Shown here: positions 1 to 13,020 of the stretch, one piece after another
How positions within the stretch are numbered: the stretch's first letter is position 1
How the letters are laid out: each line of letters opens with the position of its first letter
NCBI RefSeq assembly: GCF_006345805.1
Contig: NC_043001.1
Span: forward strand, 49,476,001-49,540,000
Direction: 5' to 3'
From: Octopus sinensis
Taxonomy: Eukaryota
DNA: 64,000 nt
The notes under the pieces: model-generated
What the model was told of the DNA's origin: nothing
Databases searched by the model: none
Seen by the model: only the letters and a program-made list of their open reading frames with translations
Translations under genes and position numbers: made by a program

Positions 1-647
1 GTCCCCAGAGCAGCGGAAGAATGTTATTTTCTTGGATGAGTCATCCTTTACCTTATTTCCGACCACCGGCCGAGTATACGTGTGGAGACAGCCAAAAGAA
101 GCATTTGACCCAGGCTGCCTTCTTCCAACTGTTAAACATGGAGGAGGATGTGTGATGATCTGGGGGAGGGCTATATCTCGGAAATCCACCGGCCCAATGG
201 TTTCCCTTCATGGCAGAATTAATAGTCAAGACTATTAAAGCATTTTATCTTATCAGATTCATTCTATGGTTGCAGAACTGTTTCCGGAGGGAAACAATAT
301 TTCAGGATGATAATGCACCAATTCACACAGTTAAAGTTGTTACTGAATGGCACGAGGAATTTCTAGTGAAGTTGAACATTTTATCTGGCTACAACAATCC
401 CCAGATCTCAACATTATTGAACATTTATGGTACATTTAAAAAAAAGAAACAAGTAAGGAGTCGATATCCTCCACTGTCATTACTACAACTGGAGACTGTT
501 TTAGCTGAATAATGGACAAAAATTCCTTTGGAAGCAATTCAAACTTTGTACGAGTCCACACCTCGTAGAATTCAAGCTGGTCCTACCCTATATTAAAATA
601 AATTTGTTTGAAATTTTAAGATGTTTCTATTATTTTGTCCAACGTGT
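1..647 (+). mobile_element. Tc1-family (DD34E-type) transposon, 3' part, degenerate
   Basis: Frameshifted reading frames give FLDESSFTLFPTTGRVYVWRQPKE..TVKHGGGCVMIWG and IFQDDNAPIHTVKVV, the Tc1 catalytic-domain motifs; a TIR-like end (tttctattattttgtccaac) lies before a (TA)n run. Confidence 0.9.
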
Positions 648-825
648 GTATATATATATATATATATACACACATATCTGTCGGTCCGTACTTAATCACA
701 TGACTATTTGTCCAAACTTGTTCATGTTCTTCCGTCCATACCAACCTACATGTCTCGAAATGTAGTAACGGTATCATCTCTGCCTTTCTCTCTCTCACTT
801 CCCCCTGTTTGTCTATTTATCTGTC

Positions 826-905
826 TCGCTCTCTCTCTCTCTCTCTCTCGCTCTCTTTATGTATGTATCTGTTTGACAGTCTATCAATCAATCTATCTAT
901 CTATG

Positions 906-984
<79 letters not shown>

Positions 985-1010
985 TTATCTATCTGTCTGT
1001 CTGTCTGTCT
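826..1010. repeat. (CT)n/(TATC)n/(TGTC)n microsatellite directly upstream of a splice acceptor
   Basis: Directly visible simple repeats ending at tttcag (1015). Confidence 0.95.
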
Positions 1011-1015
1011 TTCAG

Positions 1016-1252
1016 GCAGCCGGAAGCATACACATGAAGCTGTCTTCTGTGAGGAAGGCCTGAACGGCACCAATCCCTACCAAGACAACTGTGCTCATTA
1101 TTTCGATTGCCATCCCATATCTTCAAATGGAGGCCGCCTGTTGAAACGTTCGGGTGAGTGCCCTTATCCAATGTTGTTCAACAGCGGCACTCGGAGATGT
1201 GAGCCTTATCGATTTGTCCAGTGTGGTCCACGCTATGAACCAACCGAACCAT
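1016..1252 (+). CDS. Chitin-binding protein, internal exon (ChtBD2/peritrophin-A domain), phase 1-1
   Basis: Acceptor ttcag ends at 1015 and donor gtgag starts at 1253; 237 nt open: [78 protein letters not shown]. Six Cys in ChtBD2 spacing with the C..YF.C and CP..M.FN motifs. Upstream exons lie outside the window. Confidence 0.9.
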
Positions 1253-1437
1253 GTGAGGCTTTTGCTTTGTTATCTTATCTCCACCATATATTACACCCCT
1301 CACACACACACATGCACACGCAGGTGCTCACACTCGCACGCTCATGCGCACACAGTGATGCACGCGTACACACTCACTCAAACATGTACACAAACACACG
1401 CGGTTACATCGCAACGCATTCACTATTAACTAATACA

Positions 1438-2603
1438 CAGGATGCGTAAGGTATTTGAGGACATACTTTTTGTGAGTCATCGCTGCATTTTTTGCTAACG
1501 CTGTATAATCTTTGTTTCAGAAATAATGGCAGACCCTCAGCTTACTCAAGAAATGAAGAGGCATCCTGTTATTGTGGTTATAAAGGCTGAGCATAGCGAT
1601 TTAGAAATATCTCGATTTTTTAAAAGTTGCCAGATCTTTCGTCTACAAAGTTTGTAAGGAGCTAAAGACTGAAGATGGAAACGTATCACCAGTATCAGAG
1701 TATAAAAAGCATTCTAAACGGTCTGAAATCATCAGAACACCTGAATTTATCCATCAAGTTTAACAGACCATTGATTACAATCCCAGAAATTCCATGAGAC
1801 CAACCGCAAAAGATCTCTATGTGTTAGAAGGAACATTCAGAAATGTTGTCCACGAAGACATCAGATATAAGTCTTGTATGATGAGGAAATGTCAATTCGT
1901 CAGAAAAAGCAGAAGAAAATCACTACATCAGATCAAAAAGACTCTTAAACAATCTGAAAAATACAGTAGAAGATTTGATTTGATTTTTCTCAAATGAGAT
2001 CAAAATATTATCAGAAGAAATGACAGATGGTTATGTGCAGACTCTTCTGAAGTTCCAAGTGTTATGCATACAAAATTTCCTGCAACTGTCATGGTTTTAG
2101 GTTGTTGTCACTAGTGAAGGGCATATGATACCTCCTTACTTATTTCCATTGAGGTCCTGGAAATAATTGTTAGCCCTGGATAGACAGTGTATGCAATGGA
2201 AGGCCATATGTATTTCAGTAAGACTTTGCACTATCACACATGGATCTAGTTACACAGGAATGAATGACTGAAAATTTTCTTGATCACATAACCCCTAACG
2301 TTTGGCCTCCTAATTCCCCAAATCTCATTCCACTGGACTAATACATGTGGAGCGTTGTTGAGAGAGAGAGAGAGGTCAATGAACACGCCCATAGCACCAA
2401 AGATTCTTTGAAACCTGCCATAGTCAGAGTAATGTCCAAAATGAACCAGTTGTTGAAGCTGAAGGTGACTTTATTGAATAACATTATTGAAAAGAAGGTT
2501 TATTTTTATATTCATTGCATTTTTTGATGAATAAAGTTATTTGTTATTATATATCTGCTTTTTTATAAACATAAATTTGTCCTAAAATATCTCACGCACC
2601 CTA
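1438..2603 (+). mobile_element. maT/DD37D Tc1-mariner element, near full length, inactive
   Basis: Imperfect TIRs (caggatgcgtaaggtatttgaggaca / tgtcctaaaatatctcacgcaccct); relic frame YVFQ*D-(37 aa, including WPPNSPNLIPL)-D*YMWS gives D37D spacing; in-frame stops. Lies in the intron of the chitin-binding gene. Confidence 0.85.
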
Positions 2604-3124
2604 TACATACACAAACACACACGGTTAGCTACGATGGACTGGCAGAATCGTTAGAGCCTGCGAGACAAAATACGTTCCGCTTTTTAGTTATGGCCATATG
2701 TTCTGAGTTCAAATCGTTCTGAGGTAGATTATACTTTTGTCTTTTCAGGGTAAGAGTTAAATATTGTGATCAACTTTATTTTTCTAGATGTGAATGGAAT
2801 TATAACAGAAGACACATTCAAATAAAGACATACCCATTTGCACATATTAAGAGTTATATAAACTGTGTGCCAGTGGCCGAATGGTTAAGAAATTCGCTTC
2901 GCAATCATGAGGTCCTGGATTCACTCCTACTGTGTCGCATATTGGCAAAGTGACTTTTTTTTGTACCATAACTTCGGATCGCCCGATGCTTTATGAATGA
3001 AATTGAATTGACTGAAACTGTTGGAAGCCCATCGGGTGGATTCTATCTGTAATTCAAAAGTTCATTGGAAGAAAAATAACAACTGAAGAAATAAAGTATT
3101 TATTTTAATGTATAAGCTAGACAA

Positions 3125-3315
3125 GGGCAGCGAGCTGCCAGAATCGTTAGCGCGCCGAGCAAAATGCTTAGCGGCATATCATCCCTCATTACGTACAGAG
3201 TTCAAATTCAGCTGGGGTCGAATTTCCTTTTCATCCCTTCGGGGGTCAGTAAAATAAGTATCAGTTGAATACTGGAGTCGCTGAACTTGTTGGCTTTGTG
3301 CCAAGATTTAAACCA
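3125..3315 (+). mobile_element. tRNA-derived SINE, family M (ggcggcgagctggcagaa head; ggtcgactttgcctttcatcctttcggggtcg core), degenerate
   Basis: Similar by eye to the many other copies in the window. Confidence 0.75.
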
Positions 3316-3605
3316 ATATATTAGCTAGAGAGAACAGTTCAAACACAGCATCAAGGTTTCAATCCCACTCGTTAATATAACTAGGAGAGGAAAATTAGAA
3401 AATCACTATTACCACCACCATACACAGTCACGCCACTACCATAGTCACCATGGCATTTACCATCGCCATGACTCACCACCATACATGGCTACACAACCAA
3501 CACCATATCCACCACTACTACCACCAAATCTCTCACTACAAATATGTACTAACGTCATCTAATCACGTGTCGCTGATGTCCGCCATTTCTCAATCTCCCC
3601 CATAG

Positions 3606-3856
3606 GTGAATATTTGTCAAACCGCTGTCAAATGGAAAAGAACTGCGAGCCTTGTCAGCAACGGTTCCCGTCTTGCTCTCAACTTGAGGATGGATTACAA
3701 CCTTGGAGCGGACAACTTTGGACATCGAAGTTCATGACCTGCAAAGATCAACGTGTGCTCTACAGGGGTGACTGTCCATCACCTAATCTGCCTGGTATCC
3801 AGAGTATTTTCCACCCTACATTGAAAATTTGTGTCTCTGTTAAAGTGACTGAATAA
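3606..3856 (+). CDS. Chitin-binding protein, terminal exon
   Basis: Acceptor catag ends at 3605; phase-1 join t|gt gives Cys; CEYLSNRCQMEKNCEPCQQRFPSCSQLEDGLQPWSGQLWTSKFMTCKDQRVLYRGDCPSPNLPGIQSIFHPTLKICVSVKVTE*; AATAAA at 3852-3857 overlaps the stop. Confidence 0.9.
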
Positions 3857-3990
3857 AGTATTACCTTTGACCATTTCATATTCTGTGCTGTGACCTTTGA
3901 TATACTATGATAGCCAATGATGTTAACAGGACAGATATACATACATAGATAGATACATACATAGATACATACATAGATACATACATACAT

Positions 3991-4093
<103 letters not shown>

Positions 4094-4257
4094 TATAGCA
4101 AAATCCATATCTGAACACAAACTACAGTCATACTTCCATTGCAAATAGATGCACCTTCTTTTATTTTAAAATTGTTCATTTCTTTTTTCTCCTTTCTTTA
4201 TAATCTACTTCGAAATCGACGTCATATAAATATATATATATATATATATATAAAGTT

Positions 4258-4445
4258 AATGAAAACACAACAACGCGAGGACGTGGAACAAGTATAGTAT
4301 TATTGGACGCTCAGGAAGGAAGGGAAGAAGGAGGGTATAACGTTTCGAGCGGAGCTCTTCGTCGGAAACATAGAAAAAGGAAAGGTCCAAAAAAGGGAAG
4401 ACGGAGGAAAAATATCGCCAACGGTACACACGTGTTCAGATACGT
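4258..4445 (-). mobile_element. Penelope-like terminal repeat fragment with hammerhead-like motif (4335-4369)
   Basis: Minus strand reads gttt-CCGACGA-a-gagc tcc gctc-GAA-ACGT-T-atac; flanked by (TA)n; assignment to Penelope-like elements is by motif architecture only. Confidence 0.6.
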
Positions 4446-4812
4446 TAAGGTAAGATCCAAGGATAAAGGTGTAGGAAAGTAGTGAGCTTCAAGCAATCCG
4501 TAGAAATTATATAAAACAACTTCCAGAAGCAATGGTTGTTTATTTGCACAGAAGCTTGTGAAGTTTTCCCGTATCGATGTATGATAAGCTGAAAAAAGTT
4601 GGTTTTATAAGTTTACGGTTAGCAACAGGGGTTGCTGTATATGAGAATAAACATCCCAAAATTAGGGAATGGAGTAGATAAAATCCAGGCGACATTTATT
4701 TCATAGCTAGTGGAACCTTGAAAGTCGTAAATTATTCAAACGACGGGTAGACCACATGCTACTCTTCAAGCCAAGGATACCTCAATTATATGAAGTTTAC
4801 TTTGTCGCTAGG

Positions 4813-4846
<34 letters not shown>

Positions 4847-5093
4847 AATAGGAGAGATTACTATGTGGATCTCTTGAATGCTAAATATAGGCGTCAAACC
4901 AGTTTACCAATTTCGTGGGCGTCTATTTTTATCATGCAAGAGATCTGCATAGAGGTCTCTCCTTTTTTTATATTTAGATAGAATTCACGTTCCTCGGACG
5001 CTTTTTAGGTATGCTGACCATTAATATTATTGAACTTAATATTATTTAATAATATAATGTAATATTAATTTCTACGCTTATATATATATATAC

Positions 5094-5159
<66 letters not shown>

Positions 5160-5446
5160 ATATATCTATGTATATATAGATATAGATATAGATATATAGA
5201 TATAGATAAGCATACATACACATACACACATGCATGTGCACATCCATGCATAAACGTATACAGAATGACAGCTGCAAAGATACACATGCACACATGCACC
5301 CCTCACCCCACAAAAAACACCAACAATCACAACACATATATGGACTGAAAATCAGAAATACATAGATCCACCTACAAAAGCTATTCACTTATATATACAT
5401 GGAACTATTGCAAATATTGTAGTCCTTATATCAAATATCTACATTG

Positions 5447-5495
<49 letters not shown>

Positions 5496-6822
5496 TATAA
5501 TTGAGATTCAGTTGAATTAGGTCCTTAATTTGAATGCAAGGCTATCCTCAGCTGCATAATTAAATAGAATTCTTTAATCAGTTGGAAATATTAATATAAT
5601 TTTACTCAAATTCTCTAATAGAGCAAGATTAATTAACATCTTGATTTAGGGTCTTCGCCTACCCAGCCTCCTTTATAGACAGATACTTATACATTTTCTA
5701 AATCCTGACAATATTTATGACCATACCCAACTATAAACTGTCAACTCACTCTGCCTATTCCTTTCTAAACAGGCACTGTCCTTAGACTTGGTAGTTATAA
5801 AAAAAGACTAATAAATTAAAAGTGAACTACAATCATTTACAAGCTATGACCGTAACAAACTTCATGCAGTTCTTAGAAATGTAGTATATTCTGAGTCACA
5901 TTAGTAACAACATGGACTTTCTCCCTCTGCTTGCTCTATTAGAGAATTTGAGTAAAATTATATTAATGTGTCCAACTGATTAAAAAATTCTATTTATTTA
6001 TGCAGCTGAGGATAACCCTGCGTTTAAATTGATGTAATGATTGCATTGTTCAATTAAATGGAGCCGCTTGAAACAGTCGTACTGCATCACCTCTCGATAT
6101 CCTATTGTTTGTTTTGAATATATATATATATATATATATATATGGATAGCTACTTGTATGCATGTATGTATGTATGTATGTATGTATGTATGTATGTATG
6201 TATGTATGTATGTATGTATGTATGCATGTATGTATGTATGTATGTATGTGCATGAGCGTATGTTTGTATGTATGTCTGAGTGCATGTTTATGTGTATGTA
6301 TATGTATAGAGGTATGTATGTTTTTTGTTGATCGTTATATGCCCTCCTTCAGATGCTAAAATGACGAACAAAAGTAAACTTCGAACAAGTAAATATATTC
6401 TGCTAAATACTTTGAGTAATTATTCTTCTCGTTAGGATATCCAAACATATATAGACTGCTCACATACGCAAAGCACTTTCTACAGAGACTACATAACCAA
6501 TGATTTAATGATATACCCCCAACACACATCAGGAAGTCTATCTCTACCACACTGGAGAAGTTCTATACCAAACAAATCATTGGTAAAAGTGAATTAAGTG
6601 GGAGGCCTAGTTCCTTCTGGAGAGGCACCATCTATACACTTGCAGACTATAGAAATTTTAAATTCTTATACGCTCCTCCTACAAGTATCAAGGACATGAA
6701 AAACTTACGAAACTGATGGAAGAAAGTAAGATTTACACACCACAAAAATAATATCGACACCTTTTAACAGATCATATAAAATCCATTAGAGAAGGACAAG
6801 GGCACCAACCAAATATTTCTTG

Positions 6823-6894
<72 letters not shown>

Positions 6895-6914
6895 ATATAT
6901 ATACATACATAAGA

Positions 6915-7240
6915 TAGGAGCACTCTGTCGGTTGCGACGACGAGGGTCCCAGCTAATACGATCAACGGAACAGCTTGCTCGTGAAATTAACGTGCTAGTG
7001 ACTGAGCAATCCACAGACACGTGTACGCTTAATGTAGTTCTCAGGGAGATTCAGCGTGGCACAGAGTGTGACAAGGCCGGCCCTTTGAAATACAGATACA
7101 ACTCCTTTTTGCCAGCTGAGTGGACTGGAGTAACGTGAAATAAAGTGTCTTGCTCAAGGACACAACGCGTCGCCGGGAATTGAGCTCACGACCTTACCAT
7201 CGTGAGCCGAATGCGCTAACCACTAAGCCACGCACCTTCA
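6915..7240 (-). mobile_element. tRNA-derived SINE, family V (gtgtccttgagcaagacactttatttcacgtt core)
   Basis: Pol III A/B boxes on the minus strand at the right end; homologous to 12040-12340 (+), 8320-8620 (-) and 22010-22190 (-). Confidence 0.85.
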
Positions 7241-8849
7241 CATCTACATACATACATATATACATTCGAGGCTTCGATGAAGCTATAAGGTGTTATTCAG
7301 GCACTCAAATATGAGTCCACTGTATCACATAGCAGAAACAGCTGTAGTAAGCTAATGAGGTTTATAGCATAATCATATATATCTTTGTCGTCTCATTTTG
7401 AGGTTTGTACCTGCAAAAACCACTACATCTCATTTATAAAGAGAAAATCACTCATCATCATAATTCGATTTCACTTACCATTGCGAGTTCACTCGCCACA
7501 TGAGAAGCAAAAATTATCACATCTTAAGATCTCTCATAATTGCTTCCAAATCTGCACGGAACAATAGGTCTTTTGTCAAAAGGCAGAACCCTACAAGAGA
7601 TGTAATATGTTCCTTTTCATTTGTTATATGCTTTGCTGCATAATCTTCAAACAGCAACTCTTAAATTCTTCTGTCTCACATTATTTCTTATTTAGGCATA
7701 AGGCTCGAAAGGCTGTCGATCACGGCGTAATTTGAACTCGGCACGTAAAGACGGACGAAATGACGCGAAGCATTTTGACCAGCGTGCTAGCGACTCTGTC
7801 AGCACGGACGCTTGGATAGGTGGATGGTTGAAGTTAGAACACAGAATGACAGACAGTCAGTCTGTCAGATAGACATATAGAGACTCATACACACACGGGG
7901 ACACAGAGAGAGAGGGAGACAGACAAACAGACATACAGACGATAGATAATATAGACACACGATGGATATACAGATACAGATTTGCCGTTGTCATTTCATT
8001 TACCATAGCCAAAATGTTTGCCAAAGTAATAAGAGTGACTAATGAGATAAATGTTAATTACATATAAACTTAAATGTCAATGAAATAAACTCATTCGTGA
8101 AGGTAGATTTGGAATAAAAATAGATCTTTTCTTAATTAGAAAAGAATTCTTTGTAAGTTATTTCCCTTTGTTCTTTATAGTTATCTCCCTTGAAACTTAA
8201 GTAAAAAATTTCATTCATACGTCTGTGTACTTGTGTGTGTGTATTTGGTGATACAAACAGGTAAATAAAACATGAAACATGAGTGTATATATATATACAC
8301 ATAATGGACGGTCTCCTCGTTAGACGACGAATGAGAGTTCAGTGATTTCTTGCCGAACAATCACACAGATGACTTAGTTAGTTAGTTAGTTTGTTTATTG
8401 TGATTAAATGTTTGTGTTCACGTAAGCTCACTCCCTCCATCAAATCGACATTACCTGTACAGGTGCACTATGTGCCACGTGTCACATGACGAAATGATCA
8501 CAGAGTAACGTGAAATGAACTGCTTTGCTCAAGAACACAGCACAACACCCGGTCTGGGAAACGAACCCATGATCTCGCAATTATGAATGCAACAACCTAA
8601 CCACTAAGCCATAGGCCTATATATATATAGTGATAATCGGCAGAGTTTCATGCGTTGATACTCTGAAAAATGACAACGCACAAAACTCTCGGCCCTTGAT
8701 TCATTCTATAACTTCTGCTAATTATTACTAAGAAAATGCGGGTACGTGTGTGTTTGTATGTATCACATATATATGTGTACGTGTGTGTTTACATATACAC
8801 ACAAATACGCATGCGCACACATACATATAAGTGTGTGCGTGTATATATA

Positions 8850-8912
<63 letters not shown>

Positions 8913-8921
8913 TATATATAT

Positions 8922-9363
8922 ATTAAATTAGAGACAAAACCACTATTAGGCAAATCAAACAATGAAAAACTTAAGCCAATACATAAGATTATTTAATTTA
9001 TATTATTTAAATATATAACAAAATTATTAAAAAAATATAATTAATATCCCACTACGATCGTTTCATGCCTGCTAACTTCTTCAAATTTTTGAGTCGCAGT
9101 CATTCATCAGGTGGTTTTAATATTTATCTTGGCGAGGTTTAAACGATCGTAGTGGGATATTAATTATATTTTTTAATAATTTTGTTATATATTTAAATAA
9201 TATAAATTAAATAATCTTATGTATTGGCTTAAGTTTTTCATTATTTGATTTGCCTAATAGTGGTTTAGTCTCTAATTTAATATAATATAATATTTTACTA
9301 TAAAATTGGATTCAATCCTAAATCTGATTTTTCCTGTAAATTTGGATTTATTCCCTAATATTT

Positions 9364-9366
<3 letters not shown>
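8922..9366 (-). mobile_element. Penelope-like repeat with ~143-bp inverted arms and a hammerhead motif
   Basis: Arms ~8922-9064 and ~9140-9282 are near-perfect reverse complements; a homologous copy lies at ~41505-41793. Confidence 0.75.
9049..9114 (-). ncRNA. Minimal type I hammerhead ribozyme motif (intact core)
   Basis: Minus strand: stem I CCAC, core CUGAUGA, stem II AUGACUGC/GCAGGCAU (7 of 8 pairs), GAA, palindromic stem III ACGAUCGU, cleavage nucleotide A (GUA site), stem I' GUGG. Activity untested. Confidence 0.75.
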
Positions 9367-9394
<28 letters not shown>

Positions 9395-9395
9395 T

Positions 9396-9427
<32 letters not shown>

Positions 9428-9562
9428 GCATGCAGTCATGTATGTATGTATGTATTATGTATGTATGTATGTATGTATGTATGTATGTATGTATGTATGT
9501 ATGTATGTATGCATGCATGTATGTATGTATGTATAGTGCGTCTGTGTTTGTGTTTGTGTTTG

Positions 9563-9787
9563 TGGCAGAAACGTTAGCACGCCGGGCGAAATGCGTAGCC
9601 GTATTTCGTCTGTCGTTACGTTCTGAGTTCAAATTCCGCCGAGTTCGACTTTACCTTTCATCCTTTCGGGGTCGATAAATTAAGTACCAGTTACACACTG
9701 AGGTCGATGTAATCGACTTAATACCTATGTCTGTCATTGTTTGTCCCCTCTGTGTTTAGCCCCTTGCGGGTAATAAAGAAATAGGTA
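9563..9787 (+). mobile_element. SINE family M
   Basis: Near-consensus copy ending agccccttgcgggtaataaagaaatagg. Confidence 0.9.
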
Positions 9788-10008
9788 TGTGTGAGTATTG
9801 AATATCAGTTTGACTCGACTCCATATGACTCAAAGTTTATGTGTGTGCGTGTGTGAGTGTGTGTGTGTGTATGTGTCCGTGTGTTGTGTGTGTGTGTATG
9901 TATATGTATATGTACCTCTCTCCTTCTCACTATCTCTGTCTCTCTCTCTATACATACATATATACATACATACATACATACATAGATACACACACATACA
10001 TACATACA

Positions 10009-10121
<113 letters not shown>

Positions 10122-10333
10122 TACTCTGGTGTTAGTTATAAAATGTTTCTGCTTTTTCTGAGAGATAAACCAACTGTCTTTGGAAATGCTATATGAAGCT
10201 TGCAGCTTGTTGAACTGAACTAAAATATGTTGTGCAGACAGTGAACTCAGAGACGTACCTCATCTCTAAAACAGTCCCAAAGATATCATAAACAAAAGTG
10301 TGAAGAGAAAAGGTTTAAATCAGTCTTAATTGA

Positions 10334-10545
10334 AAGAGCTGGCAGAAAGGTTAGCGCGCCGGGCGGGCGAAATGCTTAGTGGCATTTCATCTGTGTTTAC
10401 GTTCTGAGTTCAAATTTCGCCGAGGTCGACTTTGTCTTTCATCGTTTTGGGGTCGATAAATTAAGTACCAGTTGAGTACTGGGGTCGCTCTACTTGACTG
10501 GATCCCCCTCACCAAAAATTTCGCGCCTTTTGCCTGAAAAACATT
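10334..10545 (+). mobile_element. SINE family M variant
   Basis: gagctggcagaaaggttagc...gttcaaatttcgccgaggtcgactttg homology. Confidence 0.85.
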
Positions 10546-10963
10546 CGTACCATGACCATCGTATGATATTTTGGATTACCGTGCATTGAACACAGCGGAT
10601 TTTATCTGCATGTAAACATTTATGTTTTTGGCTGCTCTATCTAGCAGGTGGAGTAACTACGTACTTTGATGCAGTTTTGCTTAGATATAGACAAATTTAT
10701 ACAAGATTATCTGGTGAGCCGAAGTTGCCTCCCTTCGTTCATAAATATCAATCTATGGTTTAAACTTCCCCCCTTGCAGTACGTACCGCAATTTTGAACA
10801 TTCGTTTTCATTTCCAAAGCATAGTCCAAGTCCAGAAATATTATAACTATATCTACTATCAGTGATCATCATCTTTAGGAAAGTTCCACTGTGTGTGGCG
10901 CTAATTTTTATGTATGTATGTATGTATGTATGTCGTTATTTAGTTTTATTTCAAGATTCCATG

Positions 10964-11005
<42 letters not shown>

Positions 11006-11021
11006 AGAGAGAAGAGAGAGA

Positions 11022-11054
<33 letters not shown>

Positions 11055-11080
11055 ACCGGTTTCTAACCAAGTGAGAGAAA

Positions 11081-11406
11081 GGCGGCGAGCTGGCAGAAGC
11101 ATTAGCACGCCGGGCGAAATGCTTAGTGGTATTTCGTCTGCCGCTACGTTCTGAGTTCAAATTCCGCCGAGGTCGATTTTGCCCTTGTCTGTGTTTAGCC
11201 CCTTGTGGGTAGTAAAGAAATAGGTATTTCGTCTGCCGTTACGTTCTGAATTCAAATTCCGCCGAGGTCGACTTTGCCTTTCATCCTTTCGGGGTTGATA
11301 AATTAAGTACCAGTTACGCATTGGGATCGATGTAATCGACTTAATCCTTTTGTCTGTCCTTGTTTGTCTCTTCTATGTTTAGCCCCTTGTAGGCAATAAA
11401 GAAATA
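11081..11406 (+). mobile_element. SINE family M with internal duplication
   Basis: gtatttcgtctgccg...gaggtcga segment occurs twice (11127 and 11223). Confidence 0.85.
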
Positions 11407-11471
11407 AGAGAGAGAGAACTGGTTTCTAACCTAGATCCAAGTCTCCTACATTGTAATTTCAACCTCAACGG

Positions 11472-11715
11472 GTATGTATGTATGTATGTATGTATGTATG
11501 TATGTATGTATGTATGTATGTATGTATGTATGTATGTATGTACGTATGTAGGTATGTATGTACGTATGTATGTATGTATGTATGTATGTATGTATGTATG
11601 TATGTACGTATGTATGTATGTATGTATGTATGTATGTATGTATGTATGTATGTATGTATGTATGTTTGTATGTATGTATGTTTGTATGTATGTATTATGT
11701 ATGTATTATGTATGT
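11472..11715. repeat. (TATG)n microsatellite
   Basis: Directly visible; source of the spurious MYVC/HTYI ORFs. Similar tracts at ~6155-6310, 9435-9533, 17630-17730, 55150-55270 and 61555-61955. Confidence 0.95.
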
Positions 11716-12039
11716 ACACACATGTGTAGATTTGTATGTTTTGTTTTATGGATGTATTCTCATGCATATAGCTGCATGTCTGGACATGCCTATAGAGGCA
11801 TGAATGATAAACTTCTGGAAAGTTTTACAGATTTTTATAGTTCCAGTGATGGCTTCGATGTGTAGCCTTTGAATCAGCTTTTTCCTTCTTGGTTTTGAAT
11901 AGCTATTATTTTCATGAATGGTACTTAAACAGTGTTTTACATATCACAGTAACCCAATAATTACAGGTATAAACCTGAACTTGTAATCTGAGTAGAGTGT
12001 ATGTATGTAAGTATATATGTCGTTGAAGTATTCAGCTTA

Positions 12040-12340
12040 GTCGTTAGAAGTATTTAGATCACGATCGTAAGGTCGTAAGTTCGATTCTCGGCAGCGCGTT
12101 GTGTCCTTGAGCAAGACATTATTTCACGTTGCTCCAGTCAACTCAGGTTGCAAAAATGAGTTGTGCCTGTATTCCAAAAGGCTATACCTGTCGCATTCTG
12201 TCATGCTGAACCTCCTGAAAACTACGTTTTGGGTACACATGTCTGTGGAGTGCTCAGGCACTTTCACGTTAATTTCATGAACAGGCTGATGTGATGATAG
12301 AACCAACTGAAACGCCCATCGTCGTAACCGATGGAGAACC
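12040..12340 (+). mobile_element. SINE family V
   Basis: Reverse-orientation homologue of 6915-7240. Confidence 0.8.
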
Positions 12341-12448
12341 TCTTTTGCAATATTTTGTTTGACCGACGAGTATTACGTGTGTGAAACTCGGAATAACGAA
12401 GGAGTCAAATCATCGACTATTCCCAAATATGTGTGTGTGAGTTTGTGT

Positions 12449-12515
<67 letters not shown>

Positions 12516-12781
12516 CGTGCGTGTGTGTGTATGTGTGTGCGTGTTTGTGTGCACCGCGCGTGTGTGTCCCGGTATATTTACCATTACATACATAATAAAC
12601 ATTAAAAGCAGGTCACAAACGATGCAGAAATGAATATATCACTAACGTACCAGTCTTCCTAGCTTAATACTCAATTTCTTATAATTTGTTAGAAGCTTGT
12701 TGTCAATTTTATTCGTTGATAACGTACCTGGCAACGACTGGTAGTGTCGTTAAAGTATCTGATAAAATACATTACGGTATT

Positions 12782-13020
12782 TGGCGGCGAGCAGGCAGAA
12801 ACGTTAGCACGCCGGGCGAAATGCGTAGCCGTATTTCGTCTGCCGTTACGTTCTGAGTTCAAATTCCGCTGAGGTCGACTTTGCCTTTTATTCTTTCGGA
12901 GTCGATAAATTAAGTTCCAGTTACGCACTGGGGTCGATGTAATCGACTTAATCCGTTTGTCTGTCCTTGTTTGTCCTTTCTGTGTTATTAGCCCCTTGTG
13001 GGTAGTAAAGAAATAGGTAT
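12782..13020 (+). mobile_element. SINE family M
   Basis: Full-length near-consensus copy. Other copies at ~15951-16130 (+), 16215-16420 (-), 21105-21335 (+), 38150-38340 (-), 38787-39018 (+) and 58130-58272 (-). Confidence 0.9.
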
